Source of the DNA: Hypanus sabinus
Lineage: Eukaryota
Direction: 5' to 3'
DNA length: 64,000 nt
NCBI RefSeq assembly: GCF_030144855.1
Contig: NC_082731.1
Location: forward strand, 22,382,001-22,446,000
The notes beneath the pieces are model-generated. The model had not been told where the DNA came from and did no database searches. It worked only from the letters and a program-made list of their open reading frames with translations. This document shows, one piece after another, positions 25,301-38,300 of this stretch (position 1 is its first letter; each line of letters starts with the position of its first letter). The position numbers and the translations under genes are program-made.

Positions 25301-26295
25301 TTTTTGTTTTTGTTTTGTTTTTGTATAGGAGGAAACAAAATGGGTTATGGGGAAAGCAGGGAGGTGAAGATGAGTGCATGGCCATGATCTTATTGAATAG
25401 CGGAGGAATGTCGAAGGGCCAGTTGGACTGCTGCTGCTCTTATTTCTCATATTATGGTTTGATCTGGGAAATGAGCAGGTATGACCAATTGACAAAGTTC
25501 CGTGCCTCATTGAAAGATCCATACCTCCACAATACTGCCCTAACAAAGCGATTTGTTAGCAATACCGTCTTAATTAATCCACTGAGCAGGATCTCCTTCG
25601 AGGGTAGAAAAGAAAACAGTGGCTGCAGAAAAAAATTTCTGCGTAATGAAACGAGTGTGCGTACTCTTGCAGACATGTAGCATCCAGGATTTTGTTTCTT
25701 TAGCTGCCAGAAGACTAATGATATATACGTGTTCTTTTCTAAATCTGGGCTTATGTAGAGATCACGTGATGGAATGGCTGAAAGTGACAGGATAGGTAAG
25801 TTTAGAGATAGAAATATTCATTGATAAATACTGTTATGTTCTGAGAGCGATATCATATGTTTTTACACTGAAACAACTCTCGTATTCACAATGCTATCCT
25901 GTCCAGAGAAATATACACACATTGATCACTGTGTCGTGAATGCAACTTTTCAGCAAACTCTCCATGCATAGCAGTATGATTGAAATGAGCTATTGCAGAA
26001 TAATCCCACTTTGCTAGATAAAACTTTCAGGGCCGGATTAACCTAGTGGCAAACGTAGCATATGCTAGCGGCCCCGCATTTTCGAGATTTCCCAAAAGCT
26101 TGCAATCTGCAGTCTGGTGAATTTAGCATTTTCACCGTTTTCAAACAACTGTTTAGTGTTTTGGCTAGACGATTCATTTAACCTTAAATACATTACTTCA
26201 ACCATCAGTCTTGTTTTTCCTGACAAAGTACTATGGATTGAGTTCTGAAGAATGCATTTCCTGAATGCTGCCAGCCCATTTTCAATGCATCTCTG

Positions 26296-27794
26296 TGTCA
26301 TGTTCGCCTCCGTGAAATACGCGTTCCGGCTCATGGTCCGGAACGTGCACTCCAGTCTCCAGCAGTTCCGGCGTTCCCTTGTCTCATTTGGGCTTAATCG
26401 TAGGCCCCTGATTCTTGTCTTGCTGCCGGGAATATATGTGCACCTGAGTTCGATGCAAGATGCTGGTTCGTATTGTCAGTATCCTGTCCTTGTCTCTTTG
26501 TGGTTCGCCTCCACAGTATCATGTCCTTGCCTCTGTGTGGGTTTAGTTTTTCCTGCTGGTATCTTGACCTCCCCTCGGTTGGGTAAATCAGGCCGTCCTT
26601 GCTCTAATCCTGTGGCTGGTCTGCTCCCTTCCTTCCCTCCGAAGCACTGACAACAACCTACTCTTGAAGCACTGCTTGCAACCTATGTCTGAAGAACTGC
26701 CTGCAATGTGTGTCTGGAGCCTTGCTGGTCCTCCTGTATCTGGAGTCTTGCACTGCAAACTGACTTGGACCTTGCCTTTTCTCTGCCCGGAACCTTGCCT
26801 TGCCTCGACTTGCCTCGCATGGAGCCGTGCCATGCATCACGTTTCCTCTGCTTGGAGACTTACCTCGCATCGCCTCGCATGGAGCCTTGCCTCGGCCTGG
26901 TCCTTGTCTCCCCTTGCCTCGGCTGGAGATCTGCCTTGCTTCAGATTGCCTCCGCCTGGAGCCTTCCCTCGCCTTGCCTCTGCCTGATGTCTTATCTAGC
27001 CTTGCCTCGCCTGGAGCTCTGCCTTGCCTCGCCTGGAGCTCTGCCTTGCCTCGCCTGGAGCTCTGCCTTGCCTCGCCTGGAGCCTTCCCCCGCCTCACCT
27101 CTGCCTGGAGCCTTGCCTCGCCTTCCCTGTATCTGAAGCCTCGCCCTGTTTGGAACTGCCTGCCCATTTCCACGCCTTCACTCGATAGGTCCTGCCACAT
27201 TGCCTCTACCCAGAGGTAGGAACTCTCTCGTTGTGTTCAGCGTTCTGTGTAATGAGTCCCAGTCCTACGTTCTGTACCCAAGAAGAGGCCCCGAATCGAT
27301 TTTCCATATTCCTATCTCCCACTCGACTCTGTGTTATGCGTCCTGTTCTCCCTCGGACAGGGCTCTCTGTTCTCGTCTTGTCTATGTGCCTCGACCAGCC
27401 CAGTGCTGGGATTCCCACATCCTGTGCTGTGGTCCCCTTGTTGCTTCCTGGTGTCTCACGTCCAGTCTTCGACTTCCCCTTGTCATGTAGCGACGTTTTA
27501 TCCTCGCCTGTTTCTGTAGTCCTATCCCGAGACAAGACCCAGGTTCTGGGTGCTTATCCTGTCTGTGGCTTGGTCCCAGCCCAGGATCCTATTTCCCAGT
27601 TTCATGTTCTGGTTCCGCTATCTTGTCAAGTCCGAGCACAGGCCCAGAATCCTTGTCTCCTTCGGGGCTGGTGTCATGTCCATCGTCCTTTCTTACCCAC
27701 TTTCATTGCTTCCTCCTCACGCCTAGACCAGTTCCTGGTCGTTCAGTGTCTGTGTCTTGCTTTTGGGCCCACTCCCAACGCCCTCACTATAACA
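26296..27794. mobile_element. Solo-LTR-like element with internal minisatellite, nested in the hAT relic
   Basis: TGTCA...TAACA ends; 5-bp flanks CTCTG / GTCTG. Confidence 0.6.
26760..27130. repeat. Minisatellite, ~22-bp unit GCCTGGAGCTCTGCCTTGCCTC and variants
   Basis: Three exact tandem copies at ~27010-27075 with degenerate copies on both sides. Confidence 0.85.
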
Positions 27795-29775
27795 GTCTGG
27801 CGTCTCTGAGGCAAGAACGCTAAGTTTACGGGCAGTTGATAAGACACCATATCTATGCTTTTTGAATATGATTTGTCGTTTATGTTAGCAAGTAACATAC
27901 CAAATAATGTCTCATGAATGTTAACTGAAAAGCCTAATTAATTTCATTAATGACCTTCCGGGAAGGAGAGTAATAGGCCCTGCTGGATTCTACGTGCTGT
28001 ACATCCAAGGATCTTGTAAATTGCTACCTTCCTGCTACAGTCGCTGGAGCTAGTGGGGCATTATAATATCCTATTTGCCGGTGATGCTCACATCCCGAGA
28101 GCCCGGAGAAGAAAACGGAAAGCATTTTCACAACCTGAAATCGAAGTTACTTGCACTGAGATAGATTATCTTAATATATTAGTGGTGTGAAAAAAAATCG
28201 AATGGATGAGGTCCGCTAATGACAAAACGTTTTGATAGACATGGTTTGTGTGTGTTGTTCCTGTGCAGTTCAATGTCGCAAGACAGAAGTGGAAAAAGAA
28301 CTACAGACAGTTCCAATGCCAAGTCTGCATGACCCAGGTTAAATTGTCAATTGGTATTCATACAGAAGAAAAGACTGAGAGGAACGAGACGGCATTCTAG
28401 GGACTGTCAGGAACACCAGTCGAATATATGATAGGGAACGCTGATGGATCAGGTTATCGGTAAATATCTTTGGTTCCGGTAATTGGCTCAAGGCATCAGA
28501 TAATTTGCGAAAAAAAGCGTTAGAATGAGGCCAGTGCATGCAACGATGATAACCATTTCGTATAGAAAATTGTGGTGTGAACGCATTTTCATTAAAACGG
28601 AATAAAATCGCATCAGCAGCTGCTGCGAGCGAGGAGTTACAATGGCTTCTGTACAAATAAACAAGGGTACTTGGTCGCGACACCGATACATCCAATTACT
28701 CTGTAACGAATAATCCGTGTTTGTATCATTGTTAATCCGGGGATGGTAAAATGTAAAAGTCTGCTCCCAATTTTCTAATATATTACATTTCATAAAAGAA
28801 GGTGAGGGTGAACAAATTCAAACAAAGTACAATTATCAAGCAGGTTTTGCCTCTACTGGGTATAATACTTCAGGGTTCAAATGCTCAGAGTCCACCGCTC
28901 TCAGAAGAACATGAACTTCTGTGTGAAGTAGAAATTTCCAGTAACATGATCAAATGTGTTCATGTTAACTCGAGAAGATCTGACTTTTAAATTATAGTTT
29001 TGTTATTGTTTATATTTGAAATTGATACATACATGTAAGTAATACGTTTACTGCAGTGTCAGACATTTGTCTTATTGTCTGGTTGTATAGCAATTGAAAA
29101 AGTATTGATTACTTTACTTTGCAAGTAAATAATTCATGTTTTATTACTTATGAGATTTTTTTTATTAATTTGAGCCCCTTTATAACATATGCACTACGCC
29201 GTACTAGCTTAATCCGGCCCTGTAAACATTCCGTCTAACTTCATTGAGGTGCAGTCTATTACCAAATTTTCCGTATTCACAAAAGATTTCAGAGCAGCTG
29301 ACAAACAATGCAGTGCTATGCAGCACCAACAGTGCTAGAAGACAGCGTCATCCAGCGGCTAATCTGAAAGTGCAATACGATGGAAGAATGTAGTTTCCTT
29401 TACTTTTGAAGTAAGCCCCCATTTTAGAATCTTTGATGAACGCGTAATTTATTTCAATGAATACTCATTACAACATCATGCCAGTAAAGATCGATTTGAT
29501 GCAGTAAAGTACTGAATTCCGTCTTGCAAAATGGATTGTGCTGGTTGTTCATTGGCTGGAAAACATATCCTCTCAGTTATGATATCATGAGCGAAATTGT
29601 CAATCAGTCAGAAATGAGAAGTCGCTATAATGTGAGAAGTACTTTAACTACAAACCTCATGACTTGCATTGACTTTCGATCATGACAACTGGGCGATAAT
29701 CCCTGTGTTTCAAATTATATTGATATCACACAAATGTATTAACTGTATAATATTTTCGCTGGTGTATATGCGCGT

Positions 29776-30032
29776 TGGCGCGTGCCCAAGAGGATAAAGC
29801 ATTGGTCTTGTGATCTAAAGGTCACTAGCTCGAGACTCAGATGAAACAACGCGTTTTGTCCTTGAGCAAGGCAGTAAAGAACACATTGCTCTGCGACGTC
29901 ACCGGCCGCCAACCTGAATGGGTCCTACTATCCATCCATTGGAAACATCGGAGGTGTGGAGAGTGTTGACTTGCAGAATGGGAAACTGCTCAATGCGCAA
30001 ATTGATGAATCCATGATCTCAGGAGACTAACG
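29776..30032 (+). mobile_element. tRNA-derived SINE, truncated by the assembly gap
   Basis: tRNA-like head with A-box-like TGGCGCGTGCCCAAGAGG and B-box-like GCTCGAGACTC, followed by TGTCCTTGAGCAAGGCA body sequence. Confidence 0.6.
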
Positions 30033-30384
30033 NNNNNNNNNNNNNNNNNNNNNNNNNNNNNNNNNNNNNNNNNNNNNNNNNNNNNNNNNNNNNNNNNNNN
30101 NNNNNNNNNNNNNNNNNNNNNNNNNNNNNNNNNNNNNNNNNNNNNNNNNNNNNNNNNNNNNNNNNNNNNNNNNNNNNNNNNNNNNNNNNNNNNNNNNNNN
30201 NNNNNNNNNNNNNNNNNNNNNNNNNNNNNNNNNNNNNNNNNNNNNNNNNNNNNNNNNNNNNNNNNNNNNNNNNNNNNNNNNNNNNNNNNNNNNNNNNNNN
30301 NNNNNNNNNNNNNNNNNNNNNNNNNNNNNNNNNNNNNNNNNNNNNNNNNNNNNNNNNNNNNNNNNNNNNNNNNNNNNNNNNNNN
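30033..30384. other. Assembly gap
   Basis: Run of N. Confidence 1.
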
Positions 30385-32689
30385 CAATGGGTGCATTATT
30401 AATCGAGTGATCGCAATTCTGCTCTACGGCGAATATTAAGGCACAAAAAATAGAAGATTGAATTGAACATCACAGCACAGCATGATTGAAGATCTGTAGG
30501 AAATCAGTTTCTGGGTTTCTTGACAGGAAGAGATACCGAAAGCACTTAAGCAGAAATCTGTTCAGCCTGACTCAATAAATTTAAACGGTCAGAGTGGGAA
30601 CTGACCGAAGGCATTGCGCAATTTCAGTTAAGTAGTCATTTTAGCTAGTTTTCTGGCAGGACCATTTATTTTCATGACCTATGTGGAAAGTTTAAACTTA
30701 ATCATATTCGTAAAATATAGCATTGTGATATTTAGCGGCATGAGGATAAACTCTTCTGATTGTCTTCTTTTGCACATGCACAGTAGAGAATGTAATGTTA
30801 GACAATGTATTTTCAAGGTAACCTGAAGGCCGTTCATATTTAACGGAAATGTGTGAAGAACATTTGCTTTACGGCAACCACTCAGAACACGACACTTTAG
30901 TAATCACTAAGGTACCCATGTCTGGAGACTCCAGGTTCAAAGCACTCAATGTTAGACCAGAAACTGTATCCTTATATCAAGGCAGATTATTTTTTAACGT
31001 TATATGCTGAGGATTCCAGCGACAAATAATACGTCAGTAAAATTTCATGAGAAGAAAATCGAACGGCATTTGTGGAACACTGCGGCCTGCTGACGGATGT
31101 TTATCCAGTCTACTCCTCTGATACTTTTCACAGTTTCATCTTTAATAGGTAACTCGTGATTTTTGAAGAATGAGAAAAGAGATTGTCACACTCACAAAGG
31201 CAACATGTATTACTCTTGGCATTTTCTTTCTCTCTCTCACACGCACAAGCACACACACACACATACTTGTTTTGGGTATTTAAGCAGAATTTCTTGCCAT
31301 AGAAGAGAACAGTTTCAAAATGTCGTGATGGAAATTGGTAAGTAATATTTGTCATTGTCTTCAAATCCATTGTCTTAAATACAAGCACGAAAATTGTGAC
31401 TTAAAGGGTTTTCAGTGTGTAGCACAGATCATTGCTCCTTTGTTTTGTGTCCTATTCACCATTTTAAACGATCCAAGACGTACTGGCTGGGTTTGGAGAA
31501 TATCTCTTCGCTATCTCACATTTATCCTCACAGTTGTTCTCAAGGTTATCCAGCTTTCACAGCGACAACAATCAATTCAAACGACATAATTGGGGGCAAG
31601 GCTCACTTCTTCAGTTTGCTGCGTTCGCTCAGTGAGTGCACTATTTTGTTGGACAACTAGTTGTTGGTCAGTCTGCTTGCAACTTCTTGTCAAATCAGAA
31701 TGGACAATGAAGTCTAAGTTGCTGAAGAACCATAATGACGTATATTATCAGTCCCCCTCGTCGTTGTACCATTACTATGAAATGATTTTTTTCTCAAGAT
31801 GAATAAACACATCGATGACAGTAGAGAATCCATGGAAACGTTGCTTTGACGGTTCTTCCCATTAATGTCAACTTCTCAGATTTCCTTTGATATTGGGGCA
31901 AGGTATTTGACTAGAAATAGGCTTTGTCCAGAATAGATCAACGTTTAAAGTAAAAGTACATATTTTGAACAATATATTTTTATTCGGGCAATCAAAGACA
32001 GTACAACAACAATAAAATAGAACCAATGGCAGACAGTATCCAAAAGGGCGGACAGCAAGTAATTTGCAAAAAAAAAACAAACTGAAGTCTCAAAATGATA
32101 TGAGATTCTTCCCGATTGGCGTACAGGTATCTGACAGTGGTAATATCATCTTGGCGATATTGTTTGCATCTTATCATACAATATCTTAAATCCTCTAATA
32201 TCCTGATGGGTGGGATCACAGAGAGAGTGGAAGGTAGACTTAGTGTGCGCCATATTTTATTGAAACATATCGGAAACTGCCAATCGAGTTCCGTCCAGTG
32301 ATGTGTAAATACATGGGACGACGTTGTGTTACATAAAATGTCCCCGAAGGCTACGATAGACTGCAAGAAACGCGTCTTCATATAGTCTTGGACATTGGGT
32401 TTATGGAAAATGCGCGGATAATCCGATGAAAGATGATAGGATCACCTCGGCCTTCCGAGAGGAAAGTACCTAGAAGTTAACTGATTGAGAAATTGACAGC
32501 AAATGGTTCGCTGAAAGAATCATTATGTACGCAGATTTTGAAACATACCCGAGTATTGAAAGGTTATTTACAAAGTCCGTGAGATGGTGGAAATAATCCT
32601 TGTAAGATATGTGGTCTAATGAACTAGAAAGAGACAATTAGATGCTGAACGAGATAAATCTATACTTTATGATTCACGTAATCTTGATG

Positions 32690-33840
32690 CAGAATTCAAA
32701 ATGATTGGTGAGTAAATCAAATCTCATGGCATTGGGGGGAAGACATTGACATGGATAGAAAACTGGTTGGCAGATATAAAGCAAATTGTAGCGGTGAATG
32801 GGTGTTTCTCGGAATGGTGGGAGGTGTCTAGTGTGGTGCCACCGGGCTCGGTATTGGGACCACAGCTGTTTACGATTTACGTCAACAATTTAGATGGAGG
32901 CATTGAGAATAACATCAGCAAATTTATTGATGATTCTAAGCTGGGTTTCAGTGTGACATGTGATGAGGATGTTATGAGAATTCAGTGTGACTTGGATATA
33001 CCGGGTGAGTGGGCAGATACTTGGCAGTTGACGTTTAATGTGAGTAAGTGTGATGTCATGCACTTTGGGAGTAACAACAGGAAGGCAGATTATTATCTGA
33101 ACGGTGTAGAGTTAGGTAAGGGAGAGCTAGGAGTCCCTGCTCATCAGTCACTGAAGGTGAATGAGCAAGTGCTGCAGGCAGTGAAGAAGGCTAATGGAAT
33201 GTTGGCCTTTATTACAAAGGGAATTGAGTACAAGAGCAAGGAAATCCTCTTGCATTTGTGCAGAGCCTTGCTGAGACCACAGCTGGAGTATTGTGTAGAG
33301 TTCTGGTCTCCAGGGTTAAGGAAGGACATCCTGGCTCTAGAGGAAGTGCAGCGTAGATTCACGAGGTTAATTCCTGGGATGATTGGATTGTTTTACGGAG
33401 AGAGGTTAGAGAGACTGGGCTTGTACACGCTGATATTAAGGAAATTGAGAGGGGATCTGATTGAAACATATAAGATTATTAAGGGATTGGACAAGATAGA
33501 GGCTGGAAATATGTTCCAGATGCTGGGAGAGTCCCGTACCAGAGAGCATGGTTTGTGAATAAGCGGTAGGTCATTAGGACAGAGTTAAGGAAAAACTACT
33601 TCCCCCAGAGTGTTGTGGGCGTCTGGAATGCACTGCCACGGAAGGCAGTGGAGGCCAATTCTCTGGATTCTTTCAAGAAGGAGCTAGATAGGTATGCTAT
33701 GGATAGGGGAATCAGGGGATTTGGTGACAAGGCAGGAACCGGGTATTGACAGTAGATGATCAGCCATGATCTCAAAATGACGGTGCAGGCTCGAAGGGCC
33801 AACTGGTCTACTTCTGCACCTATTGTCTATTGTCTATTGT
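32690..33840 (+). mobile_element. CR1 LINE 3' fragment with a 270-aa RT C-terminal ORF (32746-33558)
   Basis: WIENWL...SVVPPGSVLGPQLFTIYVNNLD...ISKFIDDSKL...LLRPQLEYCVEFWSP. 3' tail (CTATTGT)n near 33820-33840. Confidence 0.92.
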
Positions 33841-34736
33841 AATAATTTCTTCTGTGCAGACCTGTCTATACTTTCAGCAGCAATTTCTTCCAGAGGGGCC
33901 TATTACCACTATGATTCCATTGTGATTTTCCGAAGCATTATGTTAATACACGGTAAAAACTAAAACGCACAGTTCGCGTTGCACAGAACCCTCTGGCAAA
34001 TTTACATACCTGGCCACATTTATTCCAAAGAATATTATCAATGACAAATTTACCATTACTTGTGAATAGAATTAAATATAATTGTTATTCGAAAAATTTA
34101 ACAACTTAAATCGGCAAATGTACAATTTAATAATAAAATAACAGCAATGCAAACAACTTTATAGACAGGGATGTTTGTCTTCGTCTACAAGTTCATTATA
34201 ATGCAATTTTTTGTTACAATATTTTAATAGAATATATTACGAAATTTTGCAACAAATCTGAACACGTGTTTTCACATCAGACAAACAGTATGACGAACTC
34301 AACAGTAGTAGAATACTTTAGGAATTCATAACATCTGACAGGCACAATGCGAAATGATAAAGACATGAAGAGACAGCCTCGGCGTTTACCTACTGCTGTT
34401 TCATAAAAACGAGTTATTGACTTCCACTTGTGTTTATTGCGAACATTTCTAAGTATTGGAATCTGAAATACTGATAATAATAATTCATTGACTCTCTAAA
34501 ATGTTTCAGAGTGAAAGAAATAATACAATATTTATTTAGAAATTGATGGATTACATTCGTGAACGCGAACAGTTAAGCATGTTTCTCAATTGTATTAGCA
34601 CAGATTTCGGAATTACATAAAATAAATACATGAAATAAAGGATCAGCTGCCCGGCGGAAAGTTATGTGTGCGAGCAATTTAATTACTGAGAATCCACTCT
34701 CACACGCAGTTCACAACGATCAGCGCTTTGCAACGA

Positions 34737-34751
34737 CCAGTAGAGGGCAGC
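34737..34751 (+). promoter_or_regulatory. Strong orphan CTCF-like motif
   Basis: CCAGTAGAGGGCAGC, one mismatch from CCACTAGAGGGCAGC. Confidence 0.6.
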
Positions 34752-35359
34752 AGCAAATAAGATACTGATCGATTATGCAGCGGCACATCTCGGAGGGACT
34801 TTACATATCAGGAAACAGTGAAACTTCTGCCCTGGCTTTCAATAAAGCGGAACAAAACAAACAATGGGTAGCGTCTGGCACCAAGGAAGGCATTACTCAT
34901 CACCAGCAGGCCAGCCGGTCGAAGTTTTTTGCGATTAATATCCCTCTAACTCTCAGATCGCAAACTGAGTGCTGCTCAGCTGCAGCTGCCAGTCGAGAAA
35001 TTTCGGAAACACTCGAAATGCAGAATGCTGAAAAGAGATTCGGAAATTCATATGCACCTCTCATCTGTTTGTTCAATGACATGAGCTCCTGAAAAATATT
35101 TTTTTGGATAACATGCACATACGCTTTGACGTAAAAACATCAAATACATAAGTAATCTGAGAATATATCTTGCGAGAAAAAAAAGTGTCTTACCTATGCT
35201 TTGGGAGATATTTTAAATAACAAAGGATTATTTTTCAGACGTTACAGCGGAGTGCACCCAAAAAACTCATGAGCAGCTTTGTTGCTCCGAACTAATTATG
35301 GGTAATATAATCCGTAAGTTTTGAGCGATGTCTGAACAAATCATGAGAAGCTTCTAAAA

Positions 35360-38300
35360 GTTGCAAAGGAAGCTAAGAGTGTCGTTCGGGAAGAAAAGAT
35401 GAATTATATGAGGAATCTGGCGACTCATATCTCAGAAGTAACTAAACGATTTTTTTTTAATTATATAAAGGTTAGAAGTGATTCGAGGGTAGATATATGA
35501 CATACACAAAGTGACTGGAGAAATTCTAATGAGAGGTGCAGAGATTGCACAGGAACTCAATGCTTATTTTGCATTAGTCTTCACAGTGGAACACTCGGCA
35601 GTATATCGGACATTCAAGAGTCTCAAAGAAGTGAGGATTGTGTAGTGAAAATTACGAGTGAGAAGGTGAGCAGGAAGGCTAATGGTCTGAGGGTAGATAA
35701 ATCTCCCGGACCTGAGTCGGCTTCTGAATGAAGTAGCTGGAGAGATTGCAGAGTCGTTAATGCTGATCTTTCAGGAATCGATTTCAAGTCACCGGGTGAC
35801 TGGAAAAATGCAAATTCTAGTACGCTGTTTCAGAAGAGTGGCAGGCAACAGAAAGGAGACTATAGACCCGTTACCCTGACAGCAGTGGTTGGGACGTTGT
35901 TAGAATTAATTGTTAATGATGAGATTACGGTGTAGCTGGAGGCAAATGACAAGACAGACGAACGCCAGCATCTTTCCTGAAAGGAAGAACCTGCCTTTCA
36001 AAATTACAGCAGTTCTTTGAGGAAATTACCAGCATGGTAATCAACGGAAATGCAGTATACCTTGTGTACTTGAATCTACTTAAGTCCAATGACAAGGTGC
36101 CGCACATAAGGCTACATTGCTAGATAAGAACCCATGGATTTACAGGGTATTTACTAGGTTGTTGGAGAATTGGCTGGTCGGCAGAAAACAGACAGTGGGT
36201 ATAAAGTTATCCTACTCTGCCTCGCTGCCACTTACCTGTCGAGTTCCACAGGGGTGAGTGTTGAGACCATAACGCTTTACAATGTATGCCCATGATTTGG
36301 ACTACGGCATTAAGGAATTTGTGGCTAAATGTACCGATGATGCAAAGATAGGTGGATGATCTGGTCGTGTTCATAGAAACAGAGAAAATGCAGAGCGACA
36401 GAGTATTTAGGAGTATGGGCGAAGAATTGATCATCGAAATACAATGTCGGAAAGAGTTTGGTCATGCACTTTGGTGGAAGCAATCAACGGACAAATTATT
36501 ATTTTGATGGGGAGAAAATTCAGAAGGCAGGGATGCAAAGAGACCAGGGAATCCTTGTGCAAGATATGATAGATATTATCCTCCAGGTTGATTAGGTTGT
36601 GAAGAAGGCGATTGCAATGTTTGCTTTCGATTCTAGTGGTGTAGAATAGATTCAGGTGCAGCGGGGATGTGATGTTCAGTCTGCCTAAGGCACTCCTGTG
36701 ACCACACTTCGAGTATTATATGCAGTTTTTGGCTCCTTCATTTAGAATAGTTGTACTGTCTTTGGAGATGGTTCACAGAAGATTCACGGGAATGATTCCA
36801 GGAATGGCAGGGTTACCGTATGAGGAACTTCCAGTAGAACTTGGAATATATTCCCTGGAGGTCAGAACAATGAACCATAGAACCATACAAACATTACACA
36901 ACAGAAACAGGCCTTTTGACCCTTCTTAGCTGTGCCGAATCATTTTTTCTGCATAACCCACTGACCTGCACCTGGGACATATCCCTCCAAATCCCTCTCA
37001 TCCATATACCTGTCCAGCTAATTCTCAAATGTCAGAACGGAGCCCGCATTCACCAATTCATCGGGCAGCTCATTCCACACTCCCATCACACTCCACGTGT
37101 AGAAGCCCCCACCAATGTTCCCTTTAAACTTTTCCCCCTTCACCCTTAACCATGACCTCTATTTTTTCCCCACCCCTGGGCTCAGTGGAAATAAGCCTCT
37201 TTGCATTCACTCTGTCTCTGCCCATCATAATTTTATACACCTCTATCTAATCACTGCACATTCTGCTACACTCCAGGAAATAAAGTCCTAACTCAGTTTC
37301 CAAAGTCCAGGCAACATCCTTGCTTTCCTTCTCCGCAACATTGCAACCTTATTAATATCCTTCCTGTAATTACGTGACCAAATCTGCGCACAATACTCCA
37401 AAGTCAGCCTCACCAATGTCTTATACAACCTCAACATAACATTCCAACTCTTCTACTCAATACTTTGTATTATAAAGGCCAATGTACCAAAAGCTCTCTT
37501 TACAATCCTGTGTACTTGCGACGCTTCATTTGGGGAATTATGTATCTGCACTCCTAGATCCCTCTGTTCTACTGCACTCCTCAATATCCTAAAATTTACC
37601 TTGTATGTTCTGCCTTGGTTTGATCTTCCGAAGTGCAATACCTCACACTTGTCCGCATTTAACACCATCTGCCATTTTTCAGCTCATTCCTCCAACTGGT
37701 CTAAATCCCTCTGCAAGCTTTGTATAACTGCGACACTGTCCACTCCAACTCCAATCCTTGTACCATCAGCAAATTTGCTGATCTATTTGCCACATTATCA
37801 TCCAGATCATTGATATAGAAGACAAATAACAATGGACCCAGCACTGATCCCTGTGGCACAGCACCAGTCACAGGCCTCCACTCAGTGTATCAATCTTCCA
37901 CTACCACTCTCTGACTTCTTACATTGAGCCAATGTCTAATCCAATTTATTATGTTTCCTATATCTTATTATTCCTTCCATTAATGTACCTACTACCGATG
38001 TCAAACTTACCGGCCTATAATTTCCCGGCTTACTTTTTGAGCCTAGTTTTAAAACAACAGAACTGCATGAGCTATCCTACAAACCTCCGCCACATGACCA
38101 GTGGATATCGACATTTCAGATACTTCTGCCAGGGCCCCTGCAATTTCAACACTAGTCTCCTTCAAGGTTCGAGGGAATACCCTGTCAGGTCCTGGGGATT
38201 TATCAACTCTGATTTGCTTCAAGACAGAAAGCACTTCCTCCTCTTTAATCTGTATAAGTTCCATGTCCTCCCGACTTGCAGTCTGTGATTCCACAGACTC

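Larger units (their letters stand above)
26028..29222. mobile_element. hAT-superfamily DNA transposon relic with intact terminal inverted repeats
   Basis: Perfect 14-bp TIR CAGGGCCGGATTAA (26028-26041) / TTAATCCGGCCCTG (29209-29222), 19 of 20 nt when extended. The 8-bp flanks AAAACTTT and TAAACATT match at 6 of 8, consistent with a decayed hAT target-site duplication. Confidence 0.7.

Noticed and set aside
26588-27823. Many overlapping ORFs of 100-190 aa on both strands
   Set aside because: They arise from the stop-poor minisatellite and GC-rich LTR; the translations are low-complexity and not gene-like.
30019-30396. ORFs spanning N runs (also 61497-61763)
   Set aside because: Artefacts of assembly gaps.
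34660-34720. TGTGCGAGC (CAS) upstream of the orphan CTCF motif, as a relic V end
   Set aside because: No DSAxYxC spacing, and the heptamer position reads AATTACT.
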